Shown: in pieces, positions 16,779 to 26,082 of the stretch
Layout of the letters: each line of letters starts with the position of its first letter
How positions within the stretch are numbered: position 1 is the stretch's first letter
Origin: an uncultured Verrucomicrobiae bacterium
GTDB lineage: Bacteria > Verrucomicrobiota > Verrucomicrobiia > Limisphaerales > UBA11358
Length of the DNA stretch: 64,000 bases
Reading direction: 5' to 3'
Assembly: GCA_963708525.1 (NCBI GenBank)
Contig: CAVPTH010000009.1
Location: 273,351-337,350 of the forward strand
Position numbers and translations under genes: made by a program
The notes under the pieces: model-generated
The model's input: the letters and a program-made list of their open reading frames with translations, nothing else
Database searches by the model: none
Told to the model about the DNA's origin: nothing

Positions 16779-18539
16779 TTAGGATGGCGGCAAAAGCGCG
16801 CCGACATACTGCGGCGTCAATTGCCGGATGGTTGTTTTTCGGGCAGCGACAATCGACTCCAGCCGGGAACGATCCCGCTGCTTGACCACTAAATACACCG
16901 GATGCTCCCGCGTGGCCAGCCAGTGATCGAAATCGGAAACGGCAACGAGGTTGGACGGCCAGGATTGTCCGGACTTCAGATGAAACAGAATATAATTACT
17001 GCTTAATTCGTCGCCTTCTTTTGTGATCAAGGTGGCGGTGCGATCCAGATAAAACGCCAGCCCGTTGGGGAAACATTCCAGACAGGCCAATTCCGTCCGG
17101 GGTGGCAAGGCCGGGATCTGTTGCGCCAGGGCCCGCGCCGATTTGGCGCTGAAAACCACATTGATCATTCCGTGGTTCAGACTCATCAACAACAATGGAA
17201 ATGAGGCAAAACAGGCAAGACAAAGCCTGGCGTTCCGCCGCCAAACCGCCAGCCCTGCGAAGGTGACGTACGCCAACAGCATGACTACGGCGGCGGTGAA
17301 GTAAGGTTTGAATCGCGCGGCGTCGGCTTCGCTGATGCCCATTGGCCGGGCCATTAGCGCGGTTCGGGAGGACAGAAAAAGCACCATCGCCACCCCGATC
17401 AGACACAGAACTGCGAAGGCGATCGCGGCGTGCCATACGATCCGGGTTGGCGTTCCTTCGGGCTGTCCCAGGGCCCGGTCAAAAAGCCGCGCCACCAGAA
17501 TCCCGCAGGCGACCGTGGCGCTCAGGATGTATCCCGGCAGTTTCGACCCGGAAAGGGAAAAGAAAATCACCACCACCAGCGCCCAGACGATACAAAGGAC
17601 ATCGGCACGCAACCGACTGCGCCGCGCTTTCCACGCAGCGACGACGGCCTCCGGCAGCAACAAACTCCAGGGCAAAAACATGGTGACGACAACGATTCCA
17701 TAAAAATAAAACGGCTGCGACCGGTGAAAGCTGGTGGTGGTGAAACGGTGGAACGACTCTTCGACCAGCCCATAATAGGGAAAATCCCGATGTGCCAGTG
17801 AAAGCGGGACAAACCACGCCAATCCAATACCAAAAAAAACGAGCAGATTCAGCGGCGCGAAAAAACGCCTCCAGACCCCGCGTCGTCCCAGGACACGGTG
17901 AAAGACCAGCAGCACGAGGGCCGGAATCAGGAAGCCGACCGGCCCTTTTACCAGTGTGGCGAAGCCGGCGGCGGCGGCCCCAACCAGATACCAGACCCGG
18001 CGCGCTTTTCCCTCCGTTTCCTCGGCCCGGAAGCCGGCAAAAATTGCCGCCGTGGTGAAGAAACTCAGCGCAATATCGAAAATGACGGTGCGCGCATGTA
18101 CGAGAAAGAGCGGCGTGGTCGCCAACACGATGGCAGCCAGGGCCGCACAACGGACGCCATATTCGCGCCGGCAGAAAAGATAGGTCAGGCCCAGCAGACC
18201 GATGCCAAAGGCCGCCGACGGGATGCGTGCGGCGGTCTCGGAATCCCCGAAACAGGCAAGCGAAAGGGCGACGGTCTTGAAATAAAAAGCCGGCTTGTCG
18301 AGATAGGTGATCCCGTTATAGGTGGGAACCAGCCACGTACCCGATACTTTCATTTCGCGGGCCACCTCGGCATTCCGGCCTTCGTCCGGTTGCAGCAAGG
18401 GCAGATCACCCAATCGAAAGCAAATCGCCAACCAGAGAACGACCAAAACCAAAGAAATCCATGCAGTTTCCGATTGAAAACCTGAAAATGATTGACGCGA
18501 TTCGATGGCGAATTTTAGCAACTCCGACAAACGATACAA
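16779..18539 (-). CDS. ArnT/PMT-like GT-C fold glycosyltransferase, polytopic membrane protein
   Basis: 586 aa. LQPDEGRNAEVAREM ... YLDKPAFYF loop motif and about 12 hydrophobic segments. TTG start. Its stop directly abuts the asnB start, with no spacer. Confidence 0.75.
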   Translation of the reverse strand: MYRLSELLKFAIESRQSFSGFQSETAWISLVLVVLWLAICFRLGDLPLLQPDEGRNAEVAREMKVSGTWLVPTYNGITYLDKPAFYFKTVALSLACFGDSETAARIPSAAFGIGLLGLTYLFCRREYGVRCAALAAIVLATTPLFLVHARTVIFDIALSFFTTAAIFAGFRAEETEGKARRVWYLVGAAAAGFATLVKGPVGFLIPALVLLVFHRVLGRRGVWRRFFAPLNLLVFFGIGLAWFVPLSLAHRDFPYYGLVEESFHRFTTTSFHRSQPFYFYGIVVVTMFLPWSLLLPEAVVAAWKARRSRLRADVLCIVWALVVVIFFSLSGSKLPGYILSATVACGILVARLFDRALGQPEGTPTRIVWHAAIAFAVLCLIGVAMVLFLSSRTALMARPMGISEADAARFKPYFTAAVVMLLAYVTFAGLAVWRRNARLCLACFASFPLLLMSLNHGMINVVFSAKSARALAQQIPALPPRTELACLECFPNGLAFYLDRTATLITKEGDELSSNYILFHLKSGQSWPSNLVAVSDFDHWLATREHPVYLVVKQRDRSRLESIVAARKTTIRQLTPQYVGALLPPS

Positions 18540-18594
18540 GGGAGAGAATTTTGGCGGCCGCGAAATGGCGGCAAACCATCAACCTCAAGAGAAC

Positions 18595-18679
18595 TGGTGC
18601 GCATAGCAGGACTTGAACCTGCACGGGTTGCCCCACTACCACCTCAAAGTAGCGTGTCTGCCAATTCCACCATATGCGC
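18595..18679 (-). tRNA. tRNA-Leu (anticodon GAG), CCA encoded
   Basis: The reverse complement GCGCATATGGTGGAATTGGCAGACACGCTACTTTGAGGTGGTAGTGGGGCAACCCGTGCAGGTTCAAGTCCTGCTATGCGCACCA folds by hand. Acceptor stem GCGCATA/TATGCGC. Anticodon stem CTACT/GGTAG with loop TTGAGGT. Long variable arm. T arm GCAGG-TTCAAGT-CCTGC. Confidence 0.9.
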
Positions 18680-18827
18680 AAAACGAAACGCTCGACCGCG
18701 GAATCGTCGCGGATTGACCACTTTCCATTGTCAGCCGCTCAAGGACAAAGTCAAGCCTTTCCCTCCCTGCACGCTCAAGGACACCAAACTCCAAGGCAAC
18801 GAGATCCGGCCCGGGGAGGCGTCGACA

Positions 18828-21212
18828 TCACGGCGCAACCGGCGGACCTTGATGTTTTGACGCACGGATTTCACCGAGGTATTGCTTCGCCGGCTGGTTT
18901 GAGGGATCCAGCTGCAAGGCAATCTCAAACTGGGTCACCGCCGGGTCCAGCCTTTGCTGTTTCAGCAACACCACGCCAAGATTCAAATGTGACCCGGCAA
19001 AGTCCGGGCGATAAATGATGGCGTTCCAAAACCGCTTTCCGGCATCATCGAGTTTTCCTGCGGCAGCCAGTTCCAGCCCGAGGAGATAGTGGGCCTGCCA
19101 AAATTCCGGTTTGCGTTCGACAGCCATTCCAAAAAACTCAATCGCCCTGGCCGACTGTCCCAATGCGGCCGCGGCTACCGCCCGGTTAAAATAATCCGCC
19201 GCCCCTTGCGGTTGAAGATTGGCTGCGCGTTGATAATAGACTGCGGCCGGTTTTAAATTTCCCCGGGTCTGTTCGAGAAAGCCGAGGTTGATGCACGTGT
19301 CCACGTCATCGGGATCAGCCCGAAGCGCCTGCCGGAAACAGGCCAGGGCCTCATCGGTTTTCTGCCGGTTTTCCAGGATCTGACCGAGTCCGTTCAGCGC
19401 GGGCACGAAATTGCCCCGGATGGCCAACGCCCGTGAAAAATATTCGGCGGCCTCGTCGATTTTCGCCTGAAGAATCAACAATTTACCCACATCGGAAAAT
19501 TCACCGGGCACCTGCGGCAGCAATTCACAAAAACGTTTCGCCTCCGCGGTGGCTTGCGCCAGTTCTCCTTTCGCTCCCAAATATTGGGCAAAATTAAAGT
19601 GCAACAAGGCATCCGCGGGAGCCGATGCGAGCGCCGCCTCGTAGAGTTCCTGGGTTTGCCCCGGCAACTCGGAATCGGTTCGGGATTTCAGTTCGCTGAT
19701 TTTTTCGTTGCACAGATTGACACCGGCAGCCTGCGTCAACTGCGCGCTATACGGCGGTCCGGAGATGCGGCTTAAAATCTCCTGCCAGATCCGCAGCCGG
19801 TCCCAGGCTGAAACCGCCAGGCGACCCTCACAAAATGCTTCGGACGCCCATTGGCCCTGGTCGTGCACAGCCAGGGATTGGGGAAGCAGTTTTGCGATCT
19901 TGTCGGCAAAGGCCCGGCCCAATAAATAGTTGCCTTCAAAGCTCAAATGCACGTGCTCATAAAACAATTCGTGGCCGGGAATGTTTTCCGGAGAGTTCCG
20001 GGCAAACAATTCGGCGGCATCCAAATCATAGACGCCCTGGCCGGCACGGGTGTTTGCTGCTTCTTTTATGATCTGATTGATACGACGGTCCGCGCGGAAG
20101 GCCAGCGTGTCATAGTCCCTTGCCAGCTCAAACTCGCGCAGGGCCTGGTCGTCATTGGTCATCGCCAACTGGCAGCGTCCGATGCGATAATGTAATTCAG
20201 CATAATCAGGATCCACGGCATTGGCCTGGGTATACTTGCTTAACGCCTCCGGGAATTTTTCCGCCGACTCCAGAGCGATTCCTTCCTGATACAGTTTATC
20301 CCAATTCGCTTTCTGAGGTTCTTCCAGGGTTGCGGCATGAAGCGAGGCAAACGGCGAGCAGTCTTTCAAGTTGCAGCCGACGGTGCTTAGAATAATGGGC
20401 ACCCCGGCCTGGTGACCCGCGCGCAAAATATCCTCCAGATTGACTTTGAAATTTTCATAAGCGCGCAAGCGGTCCGGCTCGTTATATCGAAGCTGGTGAC
20501 CTCGGAACATTTCCAACCCCTGCCATTTTTCGGGCACTGCTGAACGCCTCGGCCACCGTTGCAACAGGCTGTCCAACCCTTGCCCGATCCGCGTGGTCTT
20601 TATCGCCAGATCAGCCCGGATCAGACCCACCCCCGGCGCGGGGGAGCCAAAGACCGTGCCTCCGCCGAAAGGTCCGACCATTTCGTTGTTGCCCATGTAG
20701 ATAATCCATAAGTCGCCGTCGCGGCCGGCACATTCACGCGCAATCGGCAGCACCACATCGGAATCAATAGCCGTCATCGCCACGCAAATGACCTCGAATT
20801 TTGTTCCGGGATAACGCTCGTCCAGCAATACCTGCAGGTAACGCCAGACACCGAAACTCGAATCCGGATCGCCCATCGCTGCCGATTCACCGAACACAAA
20901 AATGCGGTAGGTATCCGGAGATTTTTTTACCCCCATGCGCTGGGGAACGGGTGTACGGGCGAGGGCCGATGGAAAAAATCGGCGACCGAATTGGTCATTG
21001 GGAACATAATAATCCTGTCCGTTGATTTTATACTTAACGAAGAAACTCGTGGGATAACCGTAGCCTAACAGGCGCAAACCCAGTTCTAGCCCGCCGATGA
21101 TCACCAACGGAATCAAAACCGCCGCACAGAACCGGAACAACCACAGGCGGAGCCGGGAAATTGGGGGCGTCGGATCTGCCGGTGAGAAATCTTTTCGATT
21201 GGTTGAATGCAT
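18828..21212 (-). CDS. membrane-anchored SGNH/GDSL-like domain protein with C-terminal TPR repeats
   Basis: 794 aa. N-terminal TM helix, IFVFGESAAMG block, then many TPR-like repeats in the C-terminal half. Confidence 0.65.
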   Translation of the reverse strand: MHSTNRKDFSPADPTPPISRLRLWLFRFCAAVLIPLVIIGGLELGLRLLGYGYPTSFFVKYKINGQDYYVPNDQFGRRFFPSALARTPVPQRMGVKKSPDTYRIFVFGESAAMGDPDSSFGVWRYLQVLLDERYPGTKFEVICVAMTAIDSDVVLPIARECAGRDGDLWIIYMGNNEMVGPFGGGTVFGSPAPGVGLIRADLAIKTTRIGQGLDSLLQRWPRRSAVPEKWQGLEMFRGHQLRYNEPDRLRAYENFKVNLEDILRAGHQAGVPIILSTVGCNLKDCSPFASLHAATLEEPQKANWDKLYQEGIALESAEKFPEALSKYTQANAVDPDYAELHYRIGRCQLAMTNDDQALREFELARDYDTLAFRADRRINQIIKEAANTRAGQGVYDLDAAELFARNSPENIPGHELFYEHVHLSFEGNYLLGRAFADKIAKLLPQSLAVHDQGQWASEAFCEGRLAVSAWDRLRIWQEILSRISGPPYSAQLTQAAGVNLCNEKISELKSRTDSELPGQTQELYEAALASAPADALLHFNFAQYLGAKGELAQATAEAKRFCELLPQVPGEFSDVGKLLILQAKIDEAAEYFSRALAIRGNFVPALNGLGQILENRQKTDEALACFRQALRADPDDVDTCINLGFLEQTRGNLKPAAVYYQRAANLQPQGAADYFNRAVAAAALGQSARAIEFFGMAVERKPEFWQAHYLLGLELAAAGKLDDAGKRFWNAIIYRPDFAGSHLNLGVVLLKQQRLDPAVTQFEIALQLDPSNQPAKQYLGEIRASKHQGPPVAP

Positions 21213-21283
21213 ATCCGCATCCGGACAAATAGCGAATCAGGCCCGGCCTGCCGGCGCAAGGTGTTTTTGGGCGTGACCGGCTT

Positions 21284-22477
21284 TTACCACCAACTGCGCC
21301 AATGCTGTGGCTGCAGCACTTTGAACGCCCGGCTGGGCTGGGGACCCAAATCCAACTGAAGGAGAATGCCGATGCTGTTGGCCCCGCGCCCGTGCGAACG
21401 AATGGCATCAATGCCATAGGCGTACGTGACCAGGATTTTCAACCGGTCGGACGGCGAATGAAACAAAATACCGCCGCCCACGCCGCTGAGCCAGTTGCCG
21501 GGTTGTTCTTCACCGGGCAGATAGTTCACCCAGGCAGTCGAGGCGTTCAGATCCAGGTCCCAGCGTTTCTGGGGATCCAGAGGCAGGAGGTAGTTTGCGT
21601 TGAGCAACGCAAACTGCTTGGCGCTGATTTCCTGGTAATAATAACCGGGCAGGGACAGTGGGAATTCCGAGATGAGCGGCAGGAAACCGCCCAATCGAAA
21701 GGCGCTGAAACGGTCGGCATCGATACTGGTGCCGGCGGTCAGGCGCACGTAAAAACTCTGCTGGCTCTTGGGCAACGTGTAAGCCAGCGCCGTCTCACCC
21801 CAGAACAACTGCGATTGGGGATTGAGCTGGCGGTCGCCATTGAAGCCGTAGGTGCCCCAGGCGGTACGGAATTGACCCTCATACCAGACGGACATTTCCA
21901 TGGCCAATGGCGGGAACAGAGTCGGCTCGACGCCGCCCCAGCGCAACCCGGTGCGCACGGCAAAGGTGCCATGGTTGTCGGGCAACTGAAAATTCGCCGC
22001 CGTCTTGTCGCTGTCATGGTAAAAGGAATAATGCATCCCGCCGCGTAAAACAAAGTTCAGCGGTATCCGGCTGGCGGGGTTGAACAGATGGTAAATACCG
22101 AGAGCGGTTCCGGCCCCATAGCCATCAAAGGATTCATCGGAATAATACGTGCCATCCCGGATTTCATAGTAGTTATCGGAGAACCCGCCGCCGGCTATGC
22201 CGACGCCCAGGTCCGTGTTGGGGCCAAGGGCGCCGACAAAACCGAATTCAGAATCCAGATACACCGGTGCGATCGCGAGCCGCAAAGTAAGATTGGTCCG
22301 CAGGAAATCCGGCCGGTTGTAATAATAAAAGGCGTAACCGGCAAATGGCGCATGGCCTTCCAACGGCTGGTTGTAGCCCAGCTGAATCAGGTTACGCGCA
22401 ACCGGGTCCACCTGGGCAAAAACAAAACACGGGGTCAGCAACAGCAACCCAAGCAGAACCCTCCCCGTTCGTTTCAT
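21284..22477 (-). CDS. putative outer-membrane beta-barrel protein
   Basis: Start moved to MKRTGRVLLGLLLLTPCFVFAQ (signal peptide; ATG at 22477-22475). Alternating aromatic/glycine-rich strands and a C-terminal aromatic residue. Confidence 0.5.
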   Translation of the reverse strand: MKRTGRVLLGLLLLTPCFVFAQVDPVARNLIQLGYNQPLEGHAPFAGYAFYYYNRPDFLRTNLTLRLAIAPVYLDSEFGFVGALGPNTDLGVGIAGGGFSDNYYEIRDGTYYSDESFDGYGAGTALGIYHLFNPASRIPLNFVLRGGMHYSFYHDSDKTAANFQLPDNHGTFAVRTGLRWGGVEPTLFPPLAMEMSVWYEGQFRTAWGTYGFNGDRQLNPQSQLFWGETALAYTLPKSQQSFYVRLTAGTSIDADRFSAFRLGGFLPLISEFPLSLPGYYYQEISAKQFALLNANYLLPLDPQKRWDLDLNASTAWVNYLPGEEQPGNWLSGVGGGILFHSPSDRLKILVTYAYGIDAIRSHGRGANSIGILLQLDLGPQPSRAFKVLQPQHWRSWW

Positions 22478-22574
22478 CGCACTTTCGTAACCAAACGAGC
22501 CGGGAGCGGCAAGTGTAATCAGTCTCTGCTGGACAGATGAACTTATGTTCGCATAATCAAATGTCGTGCGCGCG

Positions 22575-24227
22575 ATGATAAAACCGGCGCCTGGCGCCAT
22601 TTGGATCTCGTTTGGACTTTGGGCAGGCATCGGCGTTTCCTTTCCGGCGGCAGGAGAACAGGCCTCACCGCGATTAGAGCATCTGGGAACGCATTCCTTC
22701 AAGATCAGCACTTCTTCGCCCACGGCTCAAGATGACTTTAACCGCGGGCTGACCCTCGCTTACTCCTTCAGTCACTATGCCGCGGAGCAGGAGTTTCGCC
22801 GCGCTTTGACCGCAGATACAAACTGCGCGATGGCCTACTGGGGCATCGCGCTGGTAAACGGGCCGCACATCAACTTCCCGCTGGTGCCGCCGGACAAGGC
22901 GGCGGTCGCGTGGGCGGCGCTCGGGCAAGCCAAACGGCTCGCCCCGCGTTGCTCACCGCTGGAAAAGGCATTGATCAAAGCACTCGAAACACGCTATGCC
23001 AATCCGCAACCGGACGACCGTTCCTCCCTGGATGCCGCTTATGCCTCCGCCATGCGTGAAGTCTGGCATGATTATCCGCAGAATGCCGATGTGGGGACGC
23101 TCTTTGCCGAAGCGTCGATGGATTTGCACCCGTGGGATTTTTGGACGAATGGCGCGCCGCAACCCTGGACGCCGGAGATTATTGAAACCCTGGAAACGGC
23201 GTTGCGCCTCGACCCGGCCAATCCAGGGGCCAATCATTTCTACATCCATGTCATGGAGCCATCGCCGGCTCCCGCCCGGGCGCTGACCGAGGCGGACCGG
23301 TTGCGCACTCTCGTGCCGGATGCCAGCCACATGGTTCACATGCCGGCGCATATTTACTCACGGGTTGGACAATGGGACGCCGCCGCCGATGCCAGTCATT
23401 CGGCCATCAAAGCCGATGTTTTGTATCGTACGGTTTATCCGCGTCCCGGTTTCTATGCGATGTATATGGCACACAACGAACATTTCCTGACGTGGGTATG
23501 CATGATGCAGGGCCGCAGCACCGAGGCACTGGCCAGCGCGCACGCAATGTTAAATCAGATCCCTGATGAATTTCTGCAGAATTACGCCTTCATTGCCGAC
23601 GGTTACATGGCCATCGTTCCGGAAACGCAGATGCGCTTTGGTCGATGGAACGACATCCTGAATGAACCTGAACCGGCCGGGCAACTTTTTCTGGCCCGCG
23701 CCTTGTGGCGCTACACCCGGACAACCGCGTTGACGGCGCAGGGTCGCCCGGCCGAAGCCGCGGCGGAACGCGTGGCGTTTGCCAAAGCAGCTGCCGCCGT
23801 GCCGCCGGATCGCACCATGGGAAACAATTCCGCGTCCGATTTGCTGGCCATCGCCACGCTGATGCTGGACGGCGAAATCGCGGCGAAAACGAACAATTAT
23901 GACGTCGCCGTGGTGAAATTGCGCGAAGCCGTCCGGCATGAAGACAATCTGAGATATGATGAACCGCCCGACTGGATTCAACCGGCGCGACACACCCTGG
24001 GGGCGGTGCTCCTGCGCGCGGGGCGGCCGGCCGAAGCGGAAGCGGTCTATCGTGAAGATTTGCAGAAGAACCCGGAAAACGGCTGGGCCCTGATGGGCCT
24101 GCGCAACGCTTTGCTGATGCAAGGTAAAGGGACGGACGCAGCCAATGCCGACGCACGGTTCCGCAAGGCATGGGCGCACGCCGACGTTTCTCCGAAATTC
24201 ACCTGTTATTGCCAGGCCAGCCAGTAA
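22575..24227 (+). CDS. secreted TPR-like helical repeat protein, function unknown
   Basis: About 550 aa. Signal-like MIKPAPGAIWISFGLWAGIGVSFPAAG. The ORF-track GTG start at 22566 is also possible. Confidence 0.55.
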   Translation: MIKPAPGAIWISFGLWAGIGVSFPAAGEQASPRLEHLGTHSFKISTSSPTAQDDFNRGLTLAYSFSHYAAEQEFRRALTADTNCAMAYWGIALVNGPHINFPLVPPDKAAVAWAALGQAKRLAPRCSPLEKALIKALETRYANPQPDDRSSLDAAYASAMREVWHDYPQNADVGTLFAEASMDLHPWDFWTNGAPQPWTPEIIETLETALRLDPANPGANHFYIHVMEPSPAPARALTEADRLRTLVPDASHMVHMPAHIYSRVGQWDAAADASHSAIKADVLYRTVYPRPGFYAMYMAHNEHFLTWVCMMQGRSTEALASAHAMLNQIPDEFLQNYAFIADGYMAIVPETQMRFGRWNDILNEPEPAGQLFLARALWRYTRTTALTAQGRPAEAAAERVAFAKAAAAVPPDRTMGNNSASDLLAIATLMLDGEIAAKTNNYDVAVVKLREAVRHEDNLRYDEPPDWIQPARHTLGAVLLRAGRPAEAEAVYREDLQKNPENGWALMGLRNALLMQGKGTDAANADARFRKAWAHADVSPKFTCYCQASQ

Positions 24228-24282
24228 CCGATGGCAAGCAACGCTGGACAGGTGAAACATTTTCCGGCTTACTGTCCCGCCG

Positions 24283-26082
24283 ATGCCGCTTCCAAATTCT
24301 GAATTGCTGACCAGGGCCAAAGGGTTGGGATTTTCCGACCGGCAAATCGCCCATTTGACGGGCCAGACCGAGGACAAAATCCGCGCGTTGCGGAAGAAAT
24401 TAAAACTCGTGCCGAGCTACCGGCTGGTGGACACCTGTGCGGCCGAATTTGAGGCTTACACCCCGTATTATTATTCCACCTACGACCGCGGTGACGACGA
24501 GATCAAGCAGACGCCGAAGCAGAAGGTGATGATTCTCGGCGGCGGCCCGAACCGCATCGGCCAGGGCATCGAATTCGATTATTGCTGCGTGCACGCCGCG
24601 TTCGCACTCAAGGAGGACGGTTTCGAAACCCTCATGGTCAACTCGAACCCCGAGACGGTCTCGACCGATTACGACACGAGTGACAAGTTGTTCTTCGAAC
24701 CGCTCACCCTCGAGGACGTGCTGCATATTTACGAGCGCGAAGGCTGCTGGGGCGCCATCGCGCAGTTCGGCGGCCAGACGCCGCTCAACCTTGCCCTCGG
24801 CCTCCAGAAGAACGGCGTCAATATCATCGGCACCTCGCCGCAGAGCATTGAAATCGCCGAAGACCGCAAGCTGTTCGCCGCGATGTTGAACAAGCTGAAA
24901 ATTCCCCAGCCGCCCAACGGCCTGGCCACGAATGCGGAAGAGGCCCTCGTCGCCTCCAAGAAACTGGGTTACCCGGTTTTGGTCCGCCCTTCCTTCGTCC
25001 TGGGCGGGCGCGCCATGCAAATTGTTTATTCCGACGCCGAGCTGCAACATTACATGCGCTTTGCCGTTGAAGCCTCGCCGGAACGACCCGTGCTCGTGGA
25101 CAAATTTCTGGAGGATGCCACCGAGGTGGACGTGGATTGCATCGCCGACGTCGGCCATTTCAAAAAGGCCGGCGAAGGAACCATTGTCATCGGTGGCATT
25201 TTGGAACACATCGAGTTTGCGGGGGTTCACTCCGGCGATGCCGCCATGGTACTGCCGCCACACACACTTTCCAAAAAGGTCATCGACACGATTCGCGAGT
25301 ACACGCAGGCGATGGCACGTGAACTGAAGGTCGTCGGCCTGATGAATGTCCAATACGCCGTCAAGGATGAGAAGGTGTTCGTGTTGGAGGTGAACCCGCG
25401 GGCGTCACGCACCGTGCCGTTCGTGAGCAAGGCCATCGGGGTGCCGCTGGCAAAACTGGCGGCCAAAGTCATGGCCGGGAAAAGTCTGAAGGAGCTGGGG
25501 TTCACGAAAGAAATCCGGCCGGAGTATTGGGCCATCAAGGAATCTGTCTTCCCGTTCAACCGTTTTCACGGTCAGGACATCCTGCTTTCGCCGGAAATGC
25601 GGTCGACCGGTGAGGTCATGGGTCTCGATGCCGACCGCGGCATCGCTTACGCCAAATCGCAAATGGCCGCGGGCTCGCCGCTGCCGTTGAGCGGTAAAGT
25701 CTTTGTCAGCGTCAGCGACGCGCACAAGAAGTATGTGGCGCCGGTGGCCAAACAATTCGCCGAACTCGGCTTTGAGCTGGTGGCCACGAGCGGCACGGCG
25801 GCGGTTCTGGAGAAGGCAGGTCTGAAAATTCAGCGGGTGATGAAGCTGCTCGAAGGCCGGCCGAACGTCATCGATCTGCTCAAGAACAAGGAAATCCAGC
25901 TGGTCATCAATACGCCCAGCGGCGCCGCGCCGCGCGAGGATGAAGTCAAAATCCGCACGACGGCCATTTACACCGGCACGCCCATTATGACGACGTTGAG
26001 CGGCGCCAAGGCCGCCGCGCGCGGCATCGCCGCCCTCAAGAAATCCGGTTACGCCGTGAAGACGCTGCAGGAGTATCATTAG
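24283..26082 (+). CDS. carB: carbamoyl-phosphate synthase large subunit, C-terminal half only (oligomerisation tail, second ATP-grasp, MGS-like domain)
   Basis: 599 aa. It starts within the oligomerisation-domain region (LGFSDRQIAHL ... VDTCAAEFEAYTPYYYSTY), followed by ILGGGPNRIGQGIEFDYCCVHA and VNPRASRTVPFVSKA. No N-terminal half lies upstream. Confidence 0.85.
   Translation: MPLPNSELLTRAKGLGFSDRQIAHLTGQTEDKIRALRKKLKLVPSYRLVDTCAAEFEAYTPYYYSTYDRGDDEIKQTPKQKVMILGGGPNRIGQGIEFDYCCVHAAFALKEDGFETLMVNSNPETVSTDYDTSDKLFFEPLTLEDVLHIYEREGCWGAIAQFGGQTPLNLALGLQKNGVNIIGTSPQSIEIAEDRKLFAAMLNKLKIPQPPNGLATNAEEALVASKKLGYPVLVRPSFVLGGRAMQIVYSDAELQHYMRFAVEASPERPVLVDKFLEDATEVDVDCIADVGHFKKAGEGTIVIGGILEHIEFAGVHSGDAAMVLPPHTLSKKVIDTIREYTQAMARELKVVGLMNVQYAVKDEKVFVLEVNPRASRTVPFVSKAIGVPLAKLAAKVMAGKSLKELGFTKEIRPEYWAIKESVFPFNRFHGQDILLSPEMRSTGEVMGLDADRGIAYAKSQMAAGSPLPLSGKVFVSVSDAHKKYVAPVAKQFAELGFELVATSGTAAVLEKAGLKIQRVMKLLEGRPNVIDLLKNKEIQLVINTPSGAAPREDEVKIRTTAIYTGTPIMTTLSGAKAAARGIAALKKSGYAVKTLQEYH

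Noticed and set aside
18736-18783. Exact 12-nt direct repeat CGCTCAAGGACA at 18736 and 18772 next to tRNA-Leu, considered as att-like remnants of an integrated element
   Set aside because: The repeats lie on the 5' (promoter) side of the tRNA, are only 36 nt apart, and no integrase or foreign-looking genes flank them. They may be promoter-associated, but the evidence is thin.
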